A stretch of 20,193 bases of DNA. Source: Armatimonadota bacterium. GTDB lineage: Bacteria > Armatimonadota > Zipacnadia > Zipacnadales > UBA5352. The translations under genes and the position numbers were made by a program. Positions 1-6,699 of the stretch are shown piece after piece. The first letter of the stretch is position 1; each line of letters starts with the position of its first letter. The notes beneath the pieces are model-generated. The model saw nothing but the letters and a program-made list of their open reading frames with translations, was not told the DNA's origin and made no database searches. The stretch is from the NCBI GenBank assembly GCA_034722055.1, contig JAYENL010000291.1:1-20193 (forward strand), given 5' to 3'.

Positions 1-1458
1 GCGGGGCTGACCGGCGAGGCCGAGGGCCCGCCGCCGGAGTGGGCGGTGGGGAAGTGGATCGTCGATGTGCCCCGCGAGGAGGTGATGCTCATCGTGCAGC
101 CGGATGGGCTCGGTGCGCTCGGTTTCTCTGTGACCCCCACCGTAGTGCATGTGGACGCCTCCGGCAACCTCAGCTCCGGACCGGATGCGGCCCTTGAGAT
201 CGAGGGCACGCTGACGCCTGATGGGCTGGGGCATGGGAAGGTCACCGAGGTCCGCCCGGGCCCTGAGGGCGAGAAGGCCCACACGTCGCAGTGGACGGCG
301 ACCAAGGTGCAGACCCAGAGCGGCGCGGACGACCAGGCCGCCGCCACCTCGCCAGTGCCGATCCGCCTCGCGCAGCTTCAGCTTGAGACGAGCGACCGTG
401 CGCAGTTCTCGTTCGGCGAATCCTACGGCGGTCCGCGTTTTGCGGCTGGACAGATGCGGCCCATGGGTCTGGCGGTGCTGCTGGAGCTGCGCCAGTGGAC
501 CTTCGAGCCCGCGCCCGCCGAGCTGCGCCGGGAGTTCGAGCCGCTGGCGAAGGCCCTGCGGCAGGCTACCGGCGACCGCGCGAAGCTCGACCTGCAGCAC
601 ACTCAGACGCCGACCATCGCCGACCTGCCGGAGGGGGTGACGCCACCGGAGCATGGCTACCTGACCGTGGTTCCTATCGCCTGGGAGGGCCAGCCTCCGG
701 GGATCGCTGTCGGCGACCAGCAGTTCGCGCCGCTGATGGCGGTGCGGGTCGCGGACGACGCCACGGTGGAGCTGTACGGGTCGCTGCGGGCGACCGGATC
801 GGAGGCCATTGCAGAGCAGTACGTAGAGCAGTACGTGCGGCAAAAGATCGAGCCTGGCGCATACCTGGCCTGCAGCGCGCCCTGGCCGGATGGAACAGGG
901 GTAACATTGGTGGGAGTTGCCGACGACGCCGCGCTGCGGCCGGTGGGCGAGCGCGAAGGCCCTGCGCGCGATGAGCACGTGCAGCTTGAGCTTCCACCCG
1001 CCGGCGCTCCGGAGCTGCCCTTTGCTGTGGACCGCAGATGGTCCGGGCTCCGCCAGGGCCGATGGTTCACGGTCTACGGGCCGGCAGGAGCGGGCGAGCC
1101 CCGGCCGTGCATGCAGGTCGCCGTCGCGGAGGAGCAGGCGCCGAGGTACTACAGCAGCTACGGCCGCGGCGCCGAGTCCGAGTTCTATCGAGGCTTCGGC
1201 CGCGCGGAGCCCACGGAGGCCGGGGAGCGGCGGCTGAACATGCACGTCAGATCAATGCCGCTCGGGGACGTGCTGAGGATGGTCTCAAGGGCGTCCGGCA
1301 TCAACCTGATCGTGTCGCCGGAGGTCGATGAGGAGCTCGAGATTGACGCTGAGCTGAAGGACATGTCGGCGCTCGAGGCGCTCGAAGCTATACTCGCGCC
1401 GCACGGCCTCGAGGCCGTCAGGCAGGACGGCAGCTACCTGGTCCGGAAGCGACAGTAG
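1..1458 (+). CDS. 5'-truncated large protein with C-terminal STN-like (secretin/TonB short N-terminal) domain
   Basis: Frame 1 is open from base 1 to TAG at 1456-1458, so the true start is probably upstream of the window. The last ~75 aa (RLNMHVRSMPLGDVLRMVSRASGINLIVSPEVDEELEIDAELKDMSALEALEAILAPHGLEAVRQDGSYLV) match the STN pattern. Confidence 0.75.
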   Translation, partial: AGLTGEAEGPPPEWAVGKWIVDVPREEVMLIVQPDGLGALGFSVTPTVVHVDASGNLSSGPDAALEIEGTLTPDGLGHGKVTEVRPGPEGEKAHTSQWTATKVQTQSGADDQAAATSPVPIRLAQLQLETSDRAQFSFGESYGGPRFAAGQMRPMGLAVLLELRQWTFEPAPAELRREFEPLAKALRQATGDRAKLDLQHTQTPTIADLPEGVTPPEHGYLTVVPIAWEGQPPGIAVGDQQFAPLMAVRVADDATVELYGSLRATGSEAIAEQYVEQYVRQKIEPGAYLACSAPWPDGTGVTLVGVADDAALRPVGEREGPARDEHVQLELPPAGAPELPFAVDRRWSGLRQGRWFTVYGPAGAGEPRPCMQVAVAEEQAPRYYSSYGRGAESEFYRGFGRAEPTEAGERRLNMHVRSMPLGDVLRMVSRASGINLIVSPEVDEELEIDAELKDMSALEALEAILAPHGLEAVRQDGSYLVRKRQ

Positions 1459-1479
1459 CCGCCGCAGCGAGGGCGCGGG

Positions 1480-1600
1480 CTACGCGACCTCCCCCACGCT
1501 CTTGGCCTGCATCACCATCCTCCAGGACATCTTCGAAGTCAGCGATCGGGTGCCAGTGCACAAGACCATCATGCACCGGGACTGGTGCATCGCGCTGGGC
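1480..1600 (+). pseudogene. Possible decayed fragment of a sugar ABC-transporter ATPase (H-loop region)
   Basis: The frame from 1502 reads LACITILQDIFEVSDRVPVHKTIMHR with strong GC3 bias. It resembles the sugar ABC ATPase segment G(L/V)AxIxISHNLQD(V/I)FEVADRIxV(L/M)xRG but lacks SHN, has an insertion, and has no start or Walker motifs. Confidence 0.35.
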
Positions 1601-1696
1601 CGGACCGCCAGGTCCGGTGTCGTCGTGCCGCACCGAGGTCGGCGTACGAGCGGAGGTGTGGGGTGGGGAGAGACGCGCCTGTGTCGCCGGGCGATG

Positions 1697-1718
1697 GCAG
1701 GCTGCAAGCCCTCCGCAC
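1697..1718 (-). repeat. Degenerate REP-like palindrome
   Basis: Minus strand reads GTGCGGAGGGCTTGCAGCCTGC, resembling the GTG-N-GCAGGCTTCCAGCCTGC style of intergenic palindromes recalled from GC-rich genomes; imperfect stem. Confidence 0.35.
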
Positions 1719-1800
1719 GGGTTCCTGGGATGCACGGGCCGCCGCTGTCGCGCGCCGTTTGCCTGAGGTGGGGCAGGTATTCAGTGCCGCCGCGCGCCAC

Positions 1801-1823
1801 AAGCCGGCGGGGGGCGCCGGCTT
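1801..1823. repeat. Perfect 9-bp inverted repeat
   Basis: AAGCCGGCG (1801-1809), loop GGGGG, CGCCGGCTT (1815-1823). Confidence 0.8.
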
Positions 1824-1827
1824 CCCG

Positions 1828-1875
1828 GGATGACACTCCCATCTCTTCTGCAGGATGAGGCTCCCATCTCTTCTG
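1828..1875 (+). repeat. Tandem 23-bp direct repeat (25-bp period) upstream of the recombinase promoter
   Basis: GGATGACACTCCCATCTCTTCTG (1828-1850) and GGATGAGGCTCCCATCTCTTCTG (1853-1875), 21/23 identical. Confidence 0.9.
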
Positions 1876-1904
1876 GGGGGCGGGCGCGTCGCCCGCCCAG
1901 CCGT

Positions 1905-1934
1905 TTGCTGTTCCCTGCCCGCTGGTCGTATAAT
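1905..1934 (+). promoter_or_regulatory. Putative sigma70 promoter of the recombinase gene
   Basis: TTGCTG (1905-1910), 18-nt spacer, perfect TATAAT (1929-1934), ~50 nt upstream of ATG 1986. Confidence 0.6.
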
Positions 1935-1985
1935 CCCGCGTGGACGCAGCAAGGATCGACGCACGCGGTGCGGCAGGTGGTAGTG

Positions 1986-2969
1986 ATGACTGAAGTACAG
2001 GAACTCGCGCGGCTGACCGATGGCGCACAGCCGTTGGAGGGGCCGATCCACTACGAGGAGGTGCTGGATCGCTTCCTGGCCTCCAAGGACAGCCCGCACA
2101 CCCGCGCCCAGTACCGCCGCTGCGTGCGCGACTTCTTCGAGCGCGTGGGCGAGACGGACATCTGCGCCATCGACGGGGACAGCATCATCCGCTACGACAA
2201 GGCCATGCGCCGCGCCCGGAAGCTGCGCGAGGAGGGGCGGGCCGGCGGCCTGGCGCCCGACACCATCCGCGCGCGCATCTACTCGGTGCGCTCCTTCCTC
2301 CGCTTCTGCTACGCCTACGGCCTCACGCCCCACCTCTCCCCCGAGCGGGTGGCGGAGTTCACCACCGTGCCGCGCGCCCGGGAGCTGACCCAGCGCGATG
2401 TGCTGGACCGCGAGGAGGCCCGGGCCCTGCTGCAGGCGGCGGAGGATCAGCCGCGCGATCGCACCCTCATCATGCTCATGCTCCAGAGCGGGCTGCGCGT
2501 CTCGGAGGCGGCGCAGCTTCGCCGCCGCGACGTCTACGACGCCGGGGGGCGCTACTGGGTGGCGGTGAACGCCGGCAAGGGCGACAAGCAGCGGGAGGTG
2601 GAGATCCCCCGCTCGGCCTTCGAGATGGTGCGCCAGTACCTCCGGGAGACGTCCGGCGCCGAGGCCGATCCGCTCTTCCCCTCCCGCAAGGGCGGCTTCA
2701 TGACTCGGGTGCAGATCTACCGCCTGGTGCGCAAGTACGCCCTCAATGCGGGGATCGGCCGGCCCGTCAGCCCGCACACGCTCCGCCACACCTACGCGAA
2801 TCAGCAGCGGCTGCTGGGGGAGCGGCTGGAGGTGCTGGCCCTGCAGCTCGGGCACACGCTGATCGAGACCACGCGCCGCTACACCCAGCCGGCGCGCCTG
2901 CGCACCCGCCGGCGCGTAAAGGACTGGATGGCGGAGGAGACGCCCGAGGAGGAGCCTGAGGTGCAGTAG
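1986..2969 (+). CDS. Tyrosine recombinase, XerC/XerD family (327 aa)
   Basis: Complete catalytic set: SGLRVSE (Arg), GKGDKQR (Lys), PHTLRHT (HxxR), QLGH, TTRRYT (Tyr). N-terminal core-binding domain (SPHTRAQYRRCVRDFF...TIRARIYSVRSFLRF). Start placed at ATG 1986 after AGGTGG and downstream of the TATAAT box, rather than 1830. Confidence 0.93.
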   Translation: MTEVQELARLTDGAQPLEGPIHYEEVLDRFLASKDSPHTRAQYRRCVRDFFERVGETDICAIDGDSIIRYDKAMRRARKLREEGRAGGLAPDTIRARIYSVRSFLRFCYAYGLTPHLSPERVAEFTTVPRARELTQRDVLDREEARALLQAAEDQPRDRTLIMLMLQSGLRVSEAAQLRRRDVYDAGGRYWVAVNAGKGDKQREVEIPRSAFEMVRQYLRETSGAEADPLFPSRKGGFMTRVQIYRLVRKYALNAGIGRPVSPHTLRHTYANQQRLLGERLEVLALQLGHTLIETTRRYTQPARLRTRRRVKDWMAEETPEEEPEVQ

Positions 2970-3007
2970 CGGCCGGTCGGCCCACCGGCCTCCCGCCGAC
3001 AGGAGCC

Positions 3008-3529
3008 ATGCACCCGACTGCTGATGAGCTGAGCGCCCTGCGTCACGAGCTGCACGAGCTGCTCCGCGACCGCAGGGTCGTCGTGATGGGCGTGGGCAAC
3101 GACGCCCGCGGCGACGACGGCTTCGGCGTGCGAGTCGCCGAGCGCATCGACGATCAGATCGCGGCGACGGTCTTCGTCACCTTCGACCTCCCCGAGGACT
3201 ACGCCGTGAAGGCCGCCGACCTGGGGCCGGACATCGTTCTGGTCCTGGACGCGGCGGACTTCGGCGGCGAGCCCGGCCAGGCGCGGCTGATCCGCGCGGA
3301 GGAGATCCCGCCCACGCCCGGCGTCACGCACCGGCCGTCGCTGGAGATGCTGGCGCGCTTCCTGAAGCTGGACGCGGGCGCCGAGACGTGGGTGCTGGGC
3401 GTGCAGCCTCACCTGGAGCGCGTCGGGCTCGGCGATGAGATGAGCCAGCCGGTGGGACGCGCGGTGGAGGAGCTGGCGCCGATGCTCGTGGAGCTGCTGT
3501 CCTCAGACCCAGTGCCCGCTGACGAATGA
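3008..3529 (+). CDS. hycI: Hydrogenase maturation endopeptidase, HycI-like (peptidase A31)
   Basis: Motifs VMGVGNDARGDDGFG, PEDY, VLDAADFGGEPG, THRPSL, LGVQP; AGGAG RBS at 3001-3005. Confidence 0.88.
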   Translation: MHPTADELSALRHELHELLRDRRVVVMGVGNDARGDDGFGVRVAERIDDQIAATVFVTFDLPEDYAVKAADLGPDIVLVLDAADFGGEPGQARLIRAEEIPPTPGVTHRPSLEMLARFLKLDAGAETWVLGVQPHLERVGLGDEMSQPVGRAVEELAPMLVELLSSDPVPADE

Positions 3530-3533
3530 CGGC

Positions 3534-3671
3534 ATGAGTAGCCCCGTGGCCGATGATCTCCCCGGGGGCGTCATCGACCGGGCCTGGGAGCGCATCCTGG
3601 CCGACGCCGATGGCGACCTGCCCACCTACGACGACCCCCGCCGCACCGACGCCGTGGGGCTGCGGTACTGA
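3534..3671 (+). CDS. Small acidic hypothetical protein, 45 aa (MSSPVADDLPGGVIDRAWERILADADGDLPTYDDPRRTDAVGLRY)
   Basis: ATG 3534, 4 nt after the hycI stop, to TGA 3669-3671; nearly all codons end in G/C like the neighbouring genes. Too short for the supplied ORF track. Confidence 0.55.
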   Translation: MSSPVADDLPGGVIDRAWERILADADGDLPTYDDPRRTDAVGLRY

Positions 3672-3714
3672 CGCGGCGATACTGACACGAAGGGAACGCG
3701 CCCTGGCGGGCGAA

Positions 3715-3742
3715 ACTGGACATAACGTGTATCGATCGGCTG
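3715..3742 (-). other. dif-like 28-bp site (candidate Xer recombination site)
   Basis: Minus strand reads CAGCCGATCGA-TACACG-TTATGTCCAGT (11-6-11). The right arm resembles the XerD arm TTATGT(T/C)AA(A/G)T; the left arm is divergent. Confidence 0.4.
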
Positions 3743-3758
3743 CAAGGGGGCGTCAGCC

Positions 3759-6359
3759 ATGCGCCTGCTGATCATCGTCCTTGTGCTCGTCGCCGCCACT
3801 GCCGCATACGCATACCAGCCCGGAAGCACCGTGACCCGCGGCGTGTACGTGCACTCCCGGGACCTCATCCCCGGGCAGGTCTGGTCCGACTTCCACGCCG
3901 GCTATCAGTTCGCGACCGACAACCCGCACTCGGGGCAGTACTGCATCCGCTGCCACAACGAGCCCGGCGGCGCCGGGGCGGGAGCCGGCCAGCAGGTGGA
4001 GGTGAATCAGACCGAGCCCGCGCCGCTGAAGATCGCCGGCTGGTCGCGCGCCGAGAACGTGCAGGGCGGCGGCAAGCCCTACCAGTACTCCATCTACGTG
4101 GACCTGCGCTACACCGACGGCGAGCCGCTGTACATGCAGCTCGCGCCCTTCGATCCCGGCACTCACGACTGGCAGTACTCCGAGACCATCATCGAGCCGG
4201 AGAAGCCCATCGCCACCGCCTCCGTGAATCTCTTCGTCCGTGACATCGGCGGCACGGCGTGGTTCGACGACATCTTCTTCGGCCCCGCCGATGGCGAGAA
4301 CCTGCTGCGCGTGCCGGGCTTCGAGACCACCGAGATGGCCGATGACTCCCGCCGACGGGAGGTGCTGGCAAACCTGGAGGAGCTGGGCGTGAACGCCGTC
4401 CACACCTTCATGAGCCTCCCCGACGACGAGCGCGAGCAGGTGGAGCTGCGCGAGATGCTCGACACCCTCGCCGACCACGGCATAGGCGTGGTGGTGACGG
4501 TCGGCATGGGCTATGAGCCGATAGAGGACGCCGATGACCCGGACTTCCCGCAGCTCAACTGCGTCAACGGCGAGTGGGGGGACCGCTGGGTTGAGACGCT
4601 GCGGGGCTTCGCGGAGTATCCTCTCATGGGCATCGGCGTGGTGCCGGACGAGTATAACTGGAGCACCGGGCGCCTCCGCCGCCGCTTCGCTGACCACCGG
4701 GACGAGCGCGTGCAACAGTTCTACGAGAACCTCCCGACCTACTGCGACTGCGAGGCCTGCCACGAGCGCTTCCAGCGGGAGTACGGCCAGCCGCTGCCGG
4801 AGATGGGCCAGTGGTCGCGGCCGCCGGAGCAGACGGATGCCTACCGGAAGTTCATCGACTTCCGCTACCGGTGCACCACCGACCTGATCGGCCGCGCCGC
4901 CGACGCCATCCACTCCACCGAGCACGACATCCGCGCGGACTCCCTCATCTGCGTCTCCCCCATCTGCAGCGACTTCCGGCTGGGAACCGGCGTGGCCTGG
5001 GATATGATCGGCTACCACACCGACCTGGAGTACCCCACCACCGACCCCTACATCCTGCTGCACAACTACCTGGGCGACTCCACGCACTGGTACGTCACCG
5101 AGACCGCCGCGCACCTGGTCGGCTGCACGCCCAGGCGCCAGTGCGGCATCGTGCTGGAGGGCACACAGCTTCGCGCCGAGCACCGCTCGCTGCTGCCCGT
5201 GGAGATCTACGGCTCCGCACTCTCGGCTGTGGCGCGGGGCGCAAAGGAGGTGGCGTTCTTCCACTACGTGCACCTGATGCAGCAGACCGCCGCCGGCCGG
5301 ACCCAGGGGCAGTCCGGCTTCAACGCCGTGCGCGGCTGCTACGACCTGCTGCAGCGCATCGAGCCGTGGCTGGAGGGCGCCGAGCCGGTCAGGCGGGTGG
5401 CATTCCTCTACTCACGCGCATCCGACGAGTACTTCTCGTTCTACACTCATCCGGAGCCGAACACCGAGATCCTGACCCACGACACGGACGATCCGCGCTA
5501 CCCCTTCCTGGCGCAGAAGGAGGTCCTCTACTACCTCTTCCGCGCGGGCGTGCCGACGGACCTCTACTACCTCGACCAGGTGAGCGCCGAGGAGCTTGAG
5601 GACTACCATGCTGTCGTGGTTCCCTTCCCGTTCGCGGTGAGTAAGGAGCAGGCGGCGATGCTGGAGGACCTCGCGGAGGCCGGCAAGAGCCTCATCGTCA
5701 TCTCGGAGTTCGGCAGCGTGGATGAGATGGGCGTACCCTACGAGCGCCCGGTGCTGCTGGACCTGCTGGGGCTGGCGGAGGCGCCCAGCGGCGAGAAGCG
5801 GGGCGAGCTGCAGGTCACGGAACCGGGCATTCCCGCCATCGAGGGCGAGTTCAGCGTCTATGACCGCGTTATCCCGAAAGACGGCACGGAAACGGCGGCG
5901 ATGGTGGAGGGCAGCCCGGCGATCACCGACCGTCCCCTGGGCGAGGCAGGTGTGAGGTTCCTGGCCGGCGAGTTCGGGATCAATCTGCCTGCGAACTACG
6001 ACAACGAGGCCCGCGATCGGACGGTGCGGATCATGCCGTCCGAGCTGTCAGAGGGCCACGCGAAGCTGTTCGGCACGGTCCTCAAGCCGGTGGCCGTGCT
6101 GGAGCAGGCCGTTCCTGAAGATGACGTTGAGGTGGCCCTGATGCGCAACGCCGCCGGCGACCACCTCGTCTTCGCGATCAACTGGGAGGAGTATCCGGTG
6201 ACTGTGGACCTGGTGCTACCCGATGAGGTCGCCGGGGCGGCCGCGGGCCTCTCTCTGAGCGCGAGTGGGGCAGTCACGGAGCGATCCATCGATGCCGGTG
6301 CGTCTGAGCTGCGTCTCGCCCCGCAGGAGGCCGTGGTGCTGCGCTTCCCTGCGCAGTGA
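3759..6359 (+). CDS. Secreted GH42-like glycoside hydrolase (CBM-like N-terminus, TIM barrel, beta-galactosidase trimerisation-like domain)
   Basis: Signal peptide MRLLIIVLVLVAATAAYA; CBM-like motifs (DNPHSGQYCIRC, GTAWFDDI); PDEY followed by the Cys cluster YCDCEACHERFQREYG; trimerisation-like VAFLYSRASD...LEDYHAVVVP; AAGGGGG RBS. Confidence 0.72.
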   Translation: MRLLIIVLVLVAATAAYAYQPGSTVTRGVYVHSRDLIPGQVWSDFHAGYQFATDNPHSGQYCIRCHNEPGGAGAGAGQQVEVNQTEPAPLKIAGWSRAENVQGGGKPYQYSIYVDLRYTDGEPLYMQLAPFDPGTHDWQYSETIIEPEKPIATASVNLFVRDIGGTAWFDDIFFGPADGENLLRVPGFETTEMADDSRRREVLANLEELGVNAVHTFMSLPDDEREQVELREMLDTLADHGIGVVVTVGMGYEPIEDADDPDFPQLNCVNGEWGDRWVETLRGFAEYPLMGIGVVPDEYNWSTGRLRRRFADHRDERVQQFYENLPTYCDCEACHERFQREYGQPLPEMGQWSRPPEQTDAYRKFIDFRYRCTTDLIGRAADAIHSTEHDIRADSLICVSPICSDFRLGTGVAWDMIGYHTDLEYPTTDPYILLHNYLGDSTHWYVTETAAHLVGCTPRRQCGIVLEGTQLRAEHRSLLPVEIYGSALSAVARGAKEVAFFHYVHLMQQTAAGRTQGQSGFNAVRGCYDLLQRIEPWLEGAEPVRRVAFLYSRASDEYFSFYTHPEPNTEILTHDTDDPRYPFLAQKEVLYYLFRAGVPTDLYYLDQVSAEELEDYHAVVVPFPFAVSKEQAAMLEDLAEAGKSLIVISEFGSVDEMGVPYERPVLLDLLGLAEAPSGEKRGELQVTEPGIPAIEGEFSVYDRVIPKDGTETAAMVEGSPAITDRPLGEAGVRFLAGEFGINLPANYDNEARDRTVRIMPSELSEGHAKLFGTVLKPVAVLEQAVPEDDVEVALMRNAAGDHLVFAINWEEYPVTVDLVLPDEVAGAAAGLSLSASGAVTERSIDAGASELRLAPQEAVVLRFPAQ

Positions 6360-6473
6360 ACCGCCCCGTCGTCGCCGTCCCCCGCATGGAGGGGCCGCAC
6401 GCCGATCGGGCCACCCGCGGACGGAGCTCCGGCCAGCCTTTCGCCGCCGTCCGGTGCGATGACACCGAACGGC

Positions 6474-6498
6474 GCACGGACAGGAGTGTCCGTGCCAC
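6474..6498 (-). repeat. REP-like palindrome
   Basis: Perfect 9-bp stem GCACGGACA-GGAG-TGTCCGTGC followed by CAC; minus strand reads GTG-GCACGGACACTCCTGTCCGTGC, a foot-plus-hairpin layout typical of REP units. Confidence 0.6.
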
Positions 6499-6626
6499 GG
6501 AACGGCATGGCTGCGGATCCGCCGGGGCCTCTGCCGGCGCGGAGCTTCTTTGCTGGCCCATGGAGGACCCAGCCCCTTCCGGGGAGAATGGGGGTATGAG
6601 GGCGGGTTCCGTCCGGCCCGCTCTCG

Positions 6627-6656
6627 TTGACAGGCGCGCGAGCGCTGTCATATAAT
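6627..6656 (+). promoter_or_regulatory. Consensus sigma70 promoter with overlapping palindrome (candidate operator)
   Basis: TTGACA (6627-6632), 18-nt spacer, TATAAT (6651-6656); inverted repeat TGACAG-N11-CTGTCA at 6628-6650. Confidence 0.85.
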
Positions 6657-6699
6657 ACCGCTCGCACGGGTGACCGTGGCTCTGAAGGGAGCATACCGG

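Noticed and set aside
1480..1590. Minus-strand short ORF MHQSRCMMVLC...GEVA
   Set aside because: It is the antisense shadow of the codon-biased + frame fragment, with no RBS and no recognisable motif.
1828..1875. Tandem repeat as a mini CRISPR array
   Set aside because: Only two units separated by 2 nt, with no spacer-length sequence and no cas genes.
1830..1985. 52-aa N-terminal extension of the recombinase in the ORF track
   Set aside because: It runs through the tandem repeat and the TATAAT promoter with poor codon bias; ATG 1986 has an RBS and gives a normal Xer length.
2971..2990. 7-bp hairpin GGCCGGT/ACCGGCC after the recombinase as a terminator
   Set aside because: No U-tract follows, and short GC stems are common at this composition.
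3553..3771. 72-aa ORF from the track between hycI and the glycosidase
   Set aside because: Off-frame composition; the 3534-3671 frame has much better codon bias.
1986..6359. Prophage or integron interpretation of the recombinase locus
   Set aside because: No phage genes, no adjacent tRNA, no IntI-specific insertion evident and no attC-like cassette array.
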